Source: a virus. From it: a stretch of 64,000 nucleotides of DNA. Below the pieces are notes generated by a model that was not told the DNA's origin, did no database searches, and worked only from the letters and a program-made list of their open reading frames with translations. The stretch's first letter is position 1. Each line of letters opens with the position of its first letter. Shown here in pieces: positions 36,144-46,095 of the stretch. The stretch spans positions 1 through 64,000 of the IMG/VR virus record IMGVR_UViG_3300042557_000330. The stretch is one strand, 5' to 3'. The position numbers and the translations under genes are program-made.

Positions 36144-38933
36144 TTAATATTTATTTAGTAATTGCTCTAGTACTGGAGGTGAAACATAAGAAGGTAATAC
36201 CTCTCTCATTAATTTTCCTAAGTTAGCATCAGATGCTTCTATAGGAATAACTTTATCAACTTTTCCATTGTTGATATATATGTAGGGATAATATTTATTT
36301 CGAGATTTTTTAAAATTAACTTTCACAACATAGTTTGTTCCTGTTAAGAAAGGAAAATCTGTATTATCCATAGGAGCAGACTCTTGTCTATATGTTGATG
36401 TTTTATTTATATCACCATAAGAACTCTTTCCATTATTTGAGTTAATAAGACTCTCTGTTGCAAGCACTACTTCATCATCATAGATTGAACTAGGATTTAC
36501 TCCAAATTTCTGAGACTCTTGAGAATTTAAATATAACTTATTATCTCCAATCTGTATAAATGGTGTAGGAGTTCCAGAAGCATCTTTCTCAACTCCTTTA
36601 ATTATATTTGCAGAACGAAGCTCTTGGAAGTTTTTAATGGCTTTTATCCCATTAATAACCTCATCAGCATTCTGTCCAATAGCATTTTTATTTTTAGAAT
36701 AAGTATTTGCAATACCTCTCAAGTTCTCAAGAAGAATTTTGTCACTCTTATCATCTCCTGTTGTAAAAGATCCTGATACATTAGGTACTACAGATCTATA
36801 TTTTCTTATTGATGATGCAATTTTTTCACTATCATCTTTAAAACTATCATTAGTTATGCTATCATAGAATTTATAAATATCTCTGAATCCAGAATCTTTT
36901 ACATAGTATGGAGTCATGAAACCAACAGTGTTAATTCTTCCATACTTATTTAAGTCTTCTTGTATTTTTTTATCTAGAATTTTTCTTTTCTCTTTTGAAG
37001 GAGTAAAACTTGATATCCAGTTTTCTACAAGCTCACCTTTACCACTTCTTTCAAGTCTAGATTTTGCTGCTTGATATCTTGTGTTAAAAACTTTTGCTTC
37101 TTCTGTACCTATTATTTTTGCTTTCCAATCTTTATCTTCATATTTTCCTATGATAGCTAGATCTATAGCATCTCTTTTTGTTAATGTATATGTTCTGTCT
37201 CCAATACGAATGTTCTTTTCTTGAAAAGGAATACTGTTCATTTTTTCAAGAAAAGTTCCATCTGAATTTTCTTGTACATTTTTATCAATGGTTGATTGTA
37301 TTTTCCAATTCTTATTAGCTTCATCATATGAATTAAGCTGATCGTATAAAGCAGGATTTTGTTTTTTCAACTGCATTCTTGCTTGTGGAGTGTTGTATGA
37401 ACCTTGTACTCTTGAAGTTAATGATAAAACATAATCATCATATGATTTACCTTTTGACTTAGCTGTAACCTTTAATATATTTTCAATAGCTTGTGTTCTT
37501 GTAATAGGAGCACCGTTGTATTGTTTTTTCATTTCACTAGATAATCTTGCTTCATTTCCAGATGCAAAAACAGATTGCCATATCAACTCTAATTGATTAT
37601 TTTTCATATTTAAAGCAGCGTCCTCAACTTGATTAGTGTGATACATAATATCATTAAAATCTTGAGATTCAGAATCTTGATTTAATTCTGGAGTCATTAT
37701 GTCTGCAGCAGCACCTACTTTGAGCTTGGCTTTTTCTAATTCAGTTTTTTGATCAATAACCTTAAATCTTTCTTTTTGCTCATACTCTTGTTTGAATTGC
37801 CATCTTTCTCTAGCTTCTCTTTGAGAAAACTCATTGACTCTATTAGCTTCTTGTTGTAATTTAAAATTAGCCTCCCAATCAGGGTTAGCCATTTTTTCTT
37901 TACTTGTCTTAGAAACATCAAACATTGCTGTATAGTTATCTTTAGTTTTATTTTTGTATAAAGAAGCTCTAATAGCATTTGGGTTAGAAGAAAGTATTTC
38001 TCCTGTTTGTGCAAGATTTTCTCCAAGTTTAGAAATAGATAATTCTGTATTTGTTATTTGTTCTTTTATCTCATCACTATTTGGATCTAGTTGTAATTGT
38101 ATATTCAACTCATCCAATTTATCTTCATACTTTTCTTTAATCTTATTTGCTTCAGATGTTACAGAGATGGCAAGTTGATCAGGACTAACTCCTCTATAAG
38201 CATACTCACCTGAGATGGTTAATTGTTGATTAACTCTTGGATCATTAAATATTTGATCAATTGCTGCTTCTAGTTTACCAGGTAAATATCCTTCTTCTTT
38301 AATTCTTGTCATTGCAGGACTTAAAACAAGATTTCCTTTTGCATCTGTAACATACTTACCATCTGGCCCTTTTTGATAAATCTCATCAAAACTAAAGTTA
38401 TCTATTTTCAATCCATCAATTGTTTCTTTTGCATGTTTCAATACATCAAAATAAGGAACATATCTAGCATTGTATGATTGTTTTAGATCTGTGCTATTTG
38501 TCCACTCACTATCTCTTGTTGTAAAATAAGCTTGATTCTCTGGTGTAAGTTCACCTTTCTTACGAGCTTCTTCCATAAACTCGTATTCTTTTCTTCTTCT
38601 AGCAGAAGAGCTTACAGCATTTTGTACATTAGGATCTTTGATTATTTGATTAGTCATCCCACTTACAGAATTGACTAATTGGAAATTAGAGAAATCTCCA
38701 GCAGCTACTGTTCTAAGATCATTACCAAGTTGATTAAGCTTAGATTGTAGATATGCCTTATCTACATCTCTAGCTACATCTAATCCAGCAATGTTATCAA
38801 TACTAGTTTGTATTTTTTGTATACCCTCATCATATTGCTTCTGTTTCTGCATACCTACTTGAACCATTGCCTCTACAGGCAATTGTTGTACGTAAGGATT
38901 AAATTGAGGTATTGAGTCAGTGAAACTTGCCAT
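36144..38933 (-). CDS. Putative ejected cargo protein preceding the RNAP
   Basis: FNPYVQQLP..AM..VG..KQ.QYD N-terminus, helical, crAss-type position before the RNAP. Confidence 0.7.
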   Translation of the reverse strand: MASFTDSIPQFNPYVQQLPVEAMVQVGMQKQKQYDEGIQKIQTSIDNIAGLDVARDVDKAYLQSKLNQLGNDLRTVAAGDFSNFQLVNSVSGMTNQIIKDPNVQNAVSSSARRRKEYEFMEEARKKGELTPENQAYFTTRDSEWTNSTDLKQSYNARYVPYFDVLKHAKETIDGLKIDNFSFDEIYQKGPDGKYVTDAKGNLVLSPAMTRIKEEGYLPGKLEAAIDQIFNDPRVNQQLTISGEYAYRGVSPDQLAISVTSEANKIKEKYEDKLDELNIQLQLDPNSDEIKEQITNTELSISKLGENLAQTGEILSSNPNAIRASLYKNKTKDNYTAMFDVSKTSKEKMANPDWEANFKLQQEANRVNEFSQREARERWQFKQEYEQKERFKVIDQKTELEKAKLKVGAAADIMTPELNQDSESQDFNDIMYHTNQVEDAALNMKNNQLELIWQSVFASGNEARLSSEMKKQYNGAPITRTQAIENILKVTAKSKGKSYDDYVLSLTSRVQGSYNTPQARMQLKKQNPALYDQLNSYDEANKNWKIQSTIDKNVQENSDGTFLEKMNSIPFQEKNIRIGDRTYTLTKRDAIDLAIIGKYEDKDWKAKIIGTEEAKVFNTRYQAAKSRLERSGKGELVENWISSFTPSKEKRKILDKKIQEDLNKYGRINTVGFMTPYYVKDSGFRDIYKFYDSITNDSFKDDSEKIASSIRKYRSVVPNVSGSFTTGDDKSDKILLENLRGIANTYSKNKNAIGQNADEVINGIKAIKNFQELRSANIIKGVEKDASGTPTPFIQIGDNKLYLNSQESQKFGVNPSSIYDDEVVLATESLINSNNGKSSYGDINKTSTYRQESAPMDNTDFPFLTGTNYVVKVNFKKSRNKYYPYIYINNGKVDKVIPIEASDANLGKLMREVLPSYVSPPVLEQLLNKY

Positions 38934-38949
38934 AATATTTATTGATTAG

Positions 38950-38957
38950 CAAATGTA
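38950..38957 (-). promoter_or_regulatory. -7 promoter element (TACATTTG) for the RNAP operon
   Basis: TAnnTTTG match 16 nt upstream of the ATG at 38933. Confidence 0.65.
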
Positions 38958-39022
38958 ACAGAAATAATTATACTATACAATATAAATCTTTCATGCTACG
39001 TAAGTATTTATAATTAATTTTA

Positions 39023-42000
39023 TTATTTAAATGCTCTTACAATTGAGCTTTGTGAGTATTTTTTCTTCTTTGTTTTTCCACCATTTCTTTCTTGATACAT
39101 TATATCATCTTCGCTTATTGGAGAATATTCATTTTCAGAAACATCTTCTTTTGAATCAATAGATTTTGTTTTGCTTTGTTGTGGAACTTTAGCAGCCTCT
39201 TCTTTAGTAACTGGTTGATATCCAATAATATTTTTACCACTTTTATCATAAACTTTTTTATGAGTAATTTCTCCATTAGGTCCATATATATAAGGAATCT
39301 CTGGTTGAAAAGGAGCGTTCATGTTAATTGCTCTACCAGACTTATCATATCTATAGTTGTATAAGTTTTCATAAACACCTAATGTTCTATTCTCAAGTGC
39401 ATTCTTAGCATACTTATCAGATATAGAATTAAGAGCTGCTTGTGCTGTAGCTTTAGTGTTACTCTTAGCTTGTTCTTGTCTTGTATATTGTTGATCATAG
39501 ATTGCTAAGTTCTTTAACTCTGCATCATTTAATGTTGCAATGTTTCCAGAATAAACAGCATCCTTCATTCTTTGATTATCTATGAAGTCTTGCTCGTTTA
39601 ATTGTTGCATAGGATTGTATGCCTGTGCAGCAATTGCTGCTTGCATAGCAGGATTTCCTTGAGCCATTCTTTGTGCAGCTCTTGTTTGTGCAATTAAATC
39701 ATTCTTAGCTGCTTGTCTACTTATATCATAAGGAACTCTTAATTGTGGAGTGTATGGTGTTGCTTGTACAGGTTCTAATTGATTAGTTGACATAGCATAC
39801 GTCTCTCCCATTAGTTGTCTAGGATTCAATGCTTCTTGATCCGTAGGTCTTATGTATGGAAGTATTTCTCCAAATATATCTAATAACTTACTTCTTTGAT
39901 ATGGGACTGTTTCAAACGTTGCATCATCATCATTGTTATCAGTAGTTGATGTAGATTTAACAGCAGGTGTAGTTAAAGCTTTACCTCTTTGTCTTGATTT
40001 AAACCAACTTGAATCAGCACTTGCTGTTTGTTCACCAAAATCACCATCGTATTGAATACCTTTTTCACCAAAAGCTCTAGCTAGTTTATTGAATTTACCT
40101 TGAAAGTCATATACATCTTTTTCATCACTAGGGTCAAAATTTTCCCAATCATACCAAGAGTTTTTCTCTTTCATTTTTTCAAACATCTCAGGAGTTACAT
40201 TTCCATATAGTCCTGTTTGTTCATTTCTTTTTTGACCTTTAGGAACCTCTTTCATTGCTGAAACAGATTTTAATTTTTTACCACCACCTTGTGAATTACC
40301 AACTGTAGAATAGTCCAATTTATCTTCTCTTCCTTTTACAACTCTATTTTCTGTATTGTTTACTACTGGTGTATTGTTTACTACTGGTTTGTTTTTTCCT
40401 ATATACTTATATCCTTCTGGAGTTAAACCTAAAGCATCAGCTTCAAATTTAGTAGGTATTTTAAAGTTTCCATCTTTATAGAATTTTTCTTTTACATATT
40501 TTTTAACATAGTCATCTTTCATATCAGGATCAAAGTCATAACCAATAGAACTATAAGTTGATTGTGGATATTGATTCATCATAGTTACTAATGTCTTATC
40601 TATATAATTTCTTAAAGTTTTAGGACCAAATTCTTTATTATATTCTTCACCAAACCATTCAGCTCCTTTTCCTTCACTGATAGCATCTTGAATATTCTTA
40701 ATTGTATTAGTATCATACTCAGATAGATCAACTTTTCCATTTTCTACAACTCCATTTTGTGCTTTAGTTAGTTTTGTACCAAACATTGCTTCTCTTATAT
40801 TCATAGCTTTTTTATCTTGTTTAACTTTACCTTTTGCAAGATCATCAGCTATCAATCCATATTCTTCTGCTGTCTCATTGATAGCATTTTGTAAATCAGC
40901 AGCTTTCACTTTCTTATCTGCTATAGATTTAAGTTTCATGTTTCCTCCTTTGATATTTGCTTCTAATGCAGAAAGTTTTAATTTATCAAATGAATTCTTT
41001 ACATCAAGACGATCTAACTCATCAGTTGATTTATCAATTAATTTGTTTTGTTTAACTTCTGTTTTAGAAAGATCAGATACATAGTTTTTAAACTTCTTAC
41101 CTTTAGCATTCTTATCTTCTAATAAATCAACACCATATTTAGGAATTTGTAAATTACCATATACAACAAGACTCTCTTCTCCTGAAGATCCATCTTTTAA
41201 TTTTACAGCAGGTTCTCCTCTTTCCACTTCTACAGGGTTATCTCCATAAGTTATACCAATACCTGTTTCCCCATTAGGAGAATATTCTTCATGACTCTTT
41301 CCTCTAAACATTACAGTTTCTCCAGTACCAGGTAGGTATGGATTTTCAGACATAGGTTCAGCATATCCACCCCAATGAGTTTTAAGTTCACCACCCATAT
41401 CATATGTTTGCATAGCTCTTTCACTAGGTTCTCTGTAAGCTTTTAAATGTCCACCAGCTCTGAACTCATCTTTATGTGCGTAATCAGCAAAGTCTTGCTC
41501 ATTCACATCACCAAACATTGTAATCACTTGTGGATTATATTCAGGATTCATGTATCCACCATTTTTCATATATGAACCAAATGGTCCTTGTTGTAAAGAT
41601 TCTCTATATTGAGAAGCAACCATTCTGTTAGTATTAGCTTTTATTTTAGCTTCTGCTTTTCTTTGATCTCTATCATTTGTATCTACCAATCCACCTACAG
41701 CTGTTCCTAATGTTTGTCCAATTGCTGCTCCCATTGGTCCACCAATAGCAAAACCAGCAGCACCACCAAGAGCACCACCTATTTGTCCACCACCATCATT
41801 TCCTGTTAGATTACCAGCAACACTAGAACCTATTCCACCAATAGCTCCCCATGGAGTTCCCCCACTCATTGGAGACATCATATTAGTTGGACTAAACAGT
41901 TCTGCTCCACCGTATGCTTTAGGAAGATATCCTCCCATTCTATATGATTTAATTTGATCTACATTATATAATGGTTCATATTCAAGATCTGTATAGATAT

Positions 42001-42763
42001 CAGTTCCTCCTTCATACGTATTCTGTATCTCTGTTGGATTACCACCAACCATTCCTCCATCTTGTAATCTAGCACCATTTCTTGCAAGTACATTTGTACC
42101 AACACCATATACAGGAAAGAATTCTTCTCCTGTCATTTCAGGCATAAATGCATTTCTTCTTTTTCTTGCATTGTCAGCATACTGTCTTAAATCATCTACA
42201 TCCTCTGTTTCAGAAGCTCTTGCTTGCACATCTGTAACCTTTGCCCATCTCTGTGCTTCTTTTTTAGCTCTTCTACCTGCTCTTAAGTTTTGATAACCAC
42301 CAATCAATTGACCAATATAAGGTGCATAAGTATCTAATTTACTACCAAGATTATTTAGTTTATCCATTTTAGTATTAGGACCTCCAGAAGAAGCATATCC
42401 AGATTTATCATCTGCTAATGTAGAAGCATTAATTGTAGACACACCATTATCAACACCATAAGATTTTAATTGTTCATCAGGTGTAGACATGTTCATATAC
42501 ATCTGATTATAATTAGGGGTTTGTTGATAATTAGCCATAGGTATTCCTGGTTGTTTAAACATAGTTCCAGGATAAGACGTTGCACCAACATTGTTCATTG
42601 AGTTTAAATAATTACTCAGGCCAGCCACTACACCATTCTGAGCTTTCTTAATTGATTTCTTAGCTTCTGGATGAGCTTTGAAGAATGCTGCCTCAGTTGG
42701 ATATTTTTTGTAAAATGCTTTCTCAGATTTTACACCTGCAAGTTTTAAGAATTCTGCTTTCAT
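39023..42763 (-). CDS. Putative ejection/cargo protein with glycine-zipper helices and a peptidoglycan-binding-like motif
   Basis: GGALGGAAGFAIGGPMGAAIG zipper; G..H......G....VEVE.GE motif; DGDFGEQT; repeated (K/A/Y)x(N/D/M)GG motifs. Confidence 0.65.
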   Translation of the reverse strand: MKAEFLKLAGVKSEKAFYKKYPTEAAFFKAHPEAKKSIKKAQNGVVAGLSNYLNSMNNVGATSYPGTMFKQPGIPMANYQQTPNYNQMYMNMSTPDEQLKSYGVDNGVSTINASTLADDKSGYASSGGPNTKMDKLNNLGSKLDTYAPYIGQLIGGYQNLRAGRRAKKEAQRWAKVTDVQARASETEDVDDLRQYADNARKRRNAFMPEMTGEEFFPVYGVGTNVLARNGARLQDGGMVGGNPTEIQNTYEGGTDIYTDLEYEPLYNVDQIKSYRMGGYLPKAYGGAELFSPTNMMSPMSGGTPWGAIGGIGSSVAGNLTGNDGGGQIGGALGGAAGFAIGGPMGAAIGQTLGTAVGGLVDTNDRDQRKAEAKIKANTNRMVASQYRESLQQGPFGSYMKNGGYMNPEYNPQVITMFGDVNEQDFADYAHKDEFRAGGHLKAYREPSERAMQTYDMGGELKTHWGGYAEPMSENPYLPGTGETVMFRGKSHEEYSPNGETGIGITYGDNPVEVERGEPAVKLKDGSSGEESLVVYGNLQIPKYGVDLLEDKNAKGKKFKNYVSDLSKTEVKQNKLIDKSTDELDRLDVKNSFDKLKLSALEANIKGGNMKLKSIADKKVKAADLQNAINETAEEYGLIADDLAKGKVKQDKKAMNIREAMFGTKLTKAQNGVVENGKVDLSEYDTNTIKNIQDAISEGKGAEWFGEEYNKEFGPKTLRNYIDKTLVTMMNQYPQSTYSSIGYDFDPDMKDDYVKKYVKEKFYKDGNFKIPTKFEADALGLTPEGYKYIGKNKPVVNNTPVVNNTENRVVKGREDKLDYSTVGNSQGGGKKLKSVSAMKEVPKGQKRNEQTGLYGNVTPEMFEKMKEKNSWYDWENFDPSDEKDVYDFQGKFNKLARAFGEKGIQYDGDFGEQTASADSSWFKSRQRGKALTTPAVKSTSTTDNNDDDATFETVPYQRSKLLDIFGEILPYIRPTDQEALNPRQLMGETYAMSTNQLEPVQATPYTPQLRVPYDISRQAAKNDLIAQTRAAQRMAQGNPAMQAAIAAQAYNPMQQLNEQDFIDNQRMKDAVYSGNIATLNDAELKNLAIYDQQYTRQEQAKSNTKATAQAALNSISDKYAKNALENRTLGVYENLYNYRYDKSGRAINMNAPFQPEIPYIYGPNGEITHKKVYDKSGKNIIGYQPVTKEEAAKVPQQSKTKSIDSKEDVSENEYSPISEDDIMYQERNGGKTKKKKYSQSSIVRAFK

Positions 42764-42766
42764 ATT

Positions 42767-45229
42767 TTAATATTTATCTAACCAGCCTCCTGGTTGTTTT
42801 GTATTATAGTTTGTAAAGTTAGTTATATTATCTAAGTTCTGCAAACCTTTCTGTTCTTGTCTTAATCCATTCTTAGCCATAGGATATTCTGTAACCTTCT
42901 CTCCATCAAATTCATACTCTTCTTCTGGATACATCATCTGTACATCTCCAGTATCTGATACACCTAATACAGGATAAGGTACACCTTGCATTGTTATGTA
43001 TGGAGAATCTATTTCTGTTATCTCTCCTGGGTGAGCCCATTGCCCCATATCATCTTTTATAACTCCTCCTTCTCTCTTTTGATCTAATTGAGAAGCTGCA
43101 CCTAATCCTATTGGTAAAACTGCTGGAGCTATTTTACTTACTTCATTTAATAATTTATAATTTTTATCATTAAACTCCATAAAACTATTTAATCTATTTT
43201 CTGGTTTTAATTTTCTAAAATCTTCAATATGTTGTGGAGTTATCTCATCCCATTTATTTTTTAAAATTCCTGAATCTCGCATTCCTTGTCTATACTCTCT
43301 AAACATAGGAAATTTTTCAATCATGTTATCAACATCAGTTCCATATTGTTTATCAGCATTTACAAAATAGTTTTTATTTTTTTGAGGATAATATTTTTTA
43401 TCTAGTCCAGTTTTTATTTCTAAATCTTTTAACATTTCATCTACTTTTGTAGGAGCTGTATCTCTAGTAGAATAGTTTGAATGATAGTCTAGAAATTTTT
43501 TTCCTGCTGGTGTTTCTTTCATCATTTGAGCCGCTTTTCTATCAACTCTATCAAGAGTCTTTGGATAAGCTTCTTTCCAGTATTTTGTATCTTGAAAAAA
43601 ATGACCTAACTCATGTGCTCCTATTTCATTTGCTGTAAAATTAGGACTAGCAGAATTCATAACTCCACTCATAATTGCTTCTTCTGGAGTCCTACCAGTT
43701 TGATTAGGATTTATATTTATTTCTAAATTATTTGAGCTATAACTACTTGGAACATCTCTACTTAAAGAATATGTCATATTTTTAGATGCTTCTGCAAAAA
43801 TTTCAGGATCTACTCCTAATGCTTCTGCTCTTCTAATGGTTTCTGGATCAGCAAGATCTTCTTTTACCATATCAATAGCTTTTGAAGATTCTTTTAATTT
43901 TTTTATTTTAATTAAAAAATCTTCAGGAAGAGACGGTAGTTCTTCTAGTGTATTTATTCCTGTTGATAAATCTTGTTTAGGAATCTCTATAGGTTTATAT
44001 CCTTGTAACCAATCTTTTTGTAATAATCTACCTTTATCAACTGGTATAGGTTTATCAGCAACTTGACTCCAATTTGTACGTTTGTATCTTTGTCTCCAAT
44101 TAGCAACATCTCTTGGAACTTCACCTAAATATTGATCACCGTACGTAGCAGCTGTTTTAAACTTAGGTGTAAAATAAGGATTAGTTCCAAAACTTTTATC
44201 CATCCTTAATTTTGTTCCAGGATAAAACTCAGGAACAACATCTTGTTTAGATCTGAATACACCAGAACTAACAGCATCTTCCATACCTTCTTGACCAAGT
44301 CCTCTCCACATAGTATTCTCTGGAAGATTATATTGATATGCTTTAGGATTTAATCTCCATGCATTAGATAACAAACCTGATTTTTTACTAGCTGCTAATC
44401 TTGCAAGAGCTTGTTCTTTTGTTAAAACTCCTGCTCCTACTAAATTTGCTGGATCTAATATAGCATCTGTTCCCATAGCAAGATAAGGATTTTTAATATT
44501 CATAGCTTCAGAAGGTCTTTGCATTTTATCTGTAAAAGCATACGTAGCAGCTAATTGTGGAAGACTTGTTACAGCAGATATTGGAACTCCAATTGCTGCT
44601 TCAAGTGGACTTGCATCTCTATTTTCTTCTACTATTTTATCTACATACTTTTGCCAAAATCCTTTTTCTTTTGCTCTACCTGCAACTTCTATAGGTGCTA
44701 ACTCTTGATTTATATATGTGTCAGAATCTTCATCGTAGTAAGCAACTCTATTTTCATCATATGCTTTTTTATATTCAGGACTTCCATATATTAGTTTACC
44801 ATCCTGTGCACTAGCTTTAGTCTTCTTTGCATAAGGACCATTACTAGGAGCAGGAGATTGTGTACGTGCATATGAGAAACCTACAGCTCCAGGAATAGAT
44901 GCACCCATCTGTGCTTCAGGAACATAGTTAACTGGATAGACAGATCCACCCATTTGAAACTGTCCACCCCATGCAGGAGAATAATCTCTACCTTTGGTAT
45001 TATATCCTTCACCTACATATCCTTCTGGTAAAGATACAGAATTATCATTATAATTCTCTTGGTGTTCTTGCATTGTTCCACCATCAGCATAGCTATCTAG
45101 CCAACCACCATTCTTCATGTTGTTAGAATTATCTCTACCGCACTCATGACATATGTACATATCTTTCTTACTAGAATCAGATTTGTTCCAGGACCAACCG
45201 CATGTGCATTTTACTTTACCACTACTCAT
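42767..45229 (-). CDS. Putative cargo protein: N-terminal Zn ribbon, variable central region with HELGH zincin motif, conserved C-terminal domain
   Basis: CTCGWSW...CHECG; AHELGH; GQWAHPG..T.I....ITM.GV.YPV; GGWLD at both ends. Confidence 0.65.
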   Translation of the reverse strand: MSSGKVKCTCGWSWNKSDSSKKDMYICHECGRDNSNNMKNGGWLDSYADGGTMQEHQENYNDNSVSLPEGYVGEGYNTKGRDYSPAWGGQFQMGGSVYPVNYVPEAQMGASIPGAVGFSYARTQSPAPSNGPYAKKTKASAQDGKLIYGSPEYKKAYDENRVAYYDEDSDTYINQELAPIEVAGRAKEKGFWQKYVDKIVEENRDASPLEAAIGVPISAVTSLPQLAATYAFTDKMQRPSEAMNIKNPYLAMGTDAILDPANLVGAGVLTKEQALARLAASKKSGLLSNAWRLNPKAYQYNLPENTMWRGLGQEGMEDAVSSGVFRSKQDVVPEFYPGTKLRMDKSFGTNPYFTPKFKTAATYGDQYLGEVPRDVANWRQRYKRTNWSQVADKPIPVDKGRLLQKDWLQGYKPIEIPKQDLSTGINTLEELPSLPEDFLIKIKKLKESSKAIDMVKEDLADPETIRRAEALGVDPEIFAEASKNMTYSLSRDVPSSYSSNNLEININPNQTGRTPEEAIMSGVMNSASPNFTANEIGAHELGHFFQDTKYWKEAYPKTLDRVDRKAAQMMKETPAGKKFLDYHSNYSTRDTAPTKVDEMLKDLEIKTGLDKKYYPQKNKNYFVNADKQYGTDVDNMIEKFPMFREYRQGMRDSGILKNKWDEITPQHIEDFRKLKPENRLNSFMEFNDKNYKLLNEVSKIAPAVLPIGLGAASQLDQKREGGVIKDDMGQWAHPGEITEIDSPYITMQGVPYPVLGVSDTGDVQMMYPEEEYEFDGEKVTEYPMAKNGLRQEQKGLQNLDNITNFTNYNTKQPGGWLDKY

Positions 45230-46095
45230 TACTTGTAAGATATTTGTGCAGGTGTTAATATAAATTGAGACACTAAATGTGTTGTTGCAGAGTTATCAAG
45301 AATGTGTCTCACCTTTAATTCTTTTGCTCTTATTGTAGCTTTCTTAAAGCTTCTCAATCCATAGTCCATGTTCTCTTGATTCACCACTTTATCTATTGAC
45401 ATAGACTCACATGATGCTCTAAACAATGGAACTTGAGAACTCTTCTCTAACGCCCAGAATGTATTATACTGATAGAAGTTATCACTCTTAGTGTAAGTGA
45501 TTGTTTTACTATCTGTATTGTATATTGGATACTGTCCGTATGCCTGTAAGTTATTCATAGGCTTAGGAACAAGCTCTAGTATTCCAGAACTCTGTTGTCC
45601 GTTATAAAGAATAGCTTTATTAAACCACTTGTTGTTTGTTTCTATTCTTACATTATCATCAAATACACCATTTGGAACAGCAAGATATTCGTATGCTTTA
45701 GTGTAGTCTTTTACATTCTGCAAGATTTCATCTTGATATTGATATGCAAAAGGATACTCTATGATGTAAGGTCTTATGTTTCCATAGAAATAGTTGTATA
45801 ATTGAATGTTTGTTAAATGTCTCCACAAACAAGCTGTCTTACTTTGTTGATAAGATAGATCAGAATATTCTATAAAGTTAATTTCTGTTAATGAAAAAGA
45901 TTTTTCAAATGAACATTCACCTACCGATTTAATAATTATAGCTGTCACTTTATTATCAACCATATATGTTTTACCTTTAATTAAAAGTCTTCTACTTACA
46001 TTTTCTTCAAGTAGATTCCCATAATTATCGTAAACATTGAAAGGTCCTGCATTAGGACCTGTCTGTGTTAATTTTATTGTTATTTCTCTTTTCAT
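45229..46095 (-). CDS. Probable C-terminal part of the tail-stabilisation (muzzle) protein, fused to an N-terminal (S/A)GPF module
   Basis: TAATG stop/start overlap at 46093-46097; LWRH...YNYFYG...PYIIE resembles the region that follows WxSFHSY in single-chain homologues. Confidence 0.65.
   Translation of the reverse strand: MKREITIKLTQTGPNAGPFNVYDNYGNLLEENVSRRLLIKGKTYMVDNKVTAIIIKSVGECSFEKSFSLTEINFIEYSDLSYQQSKTACLWRHLTNIQLYNYFYGNIRPYIIEYPFAYQYQDEILQNVKDYTKAYEYLAVPNGVFDDNVRIETNNKWFNKAILYNGQQSSGILELVPKPMNNLQAYGQYPIYNTDSKTITYTKSDNFYQYNTFWALEKSSQVPLFRASCESMSIDKVVNQENMDYGLRSFKKATIRAKELKVRHILDNSATTHLVSQFILTPAQISYK

Noticed and set aside
40352-40390. 18-bp tandem duplication encoding PVVNNT twice
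   Set aside because: Simple local duplication in a low-complexity linker.
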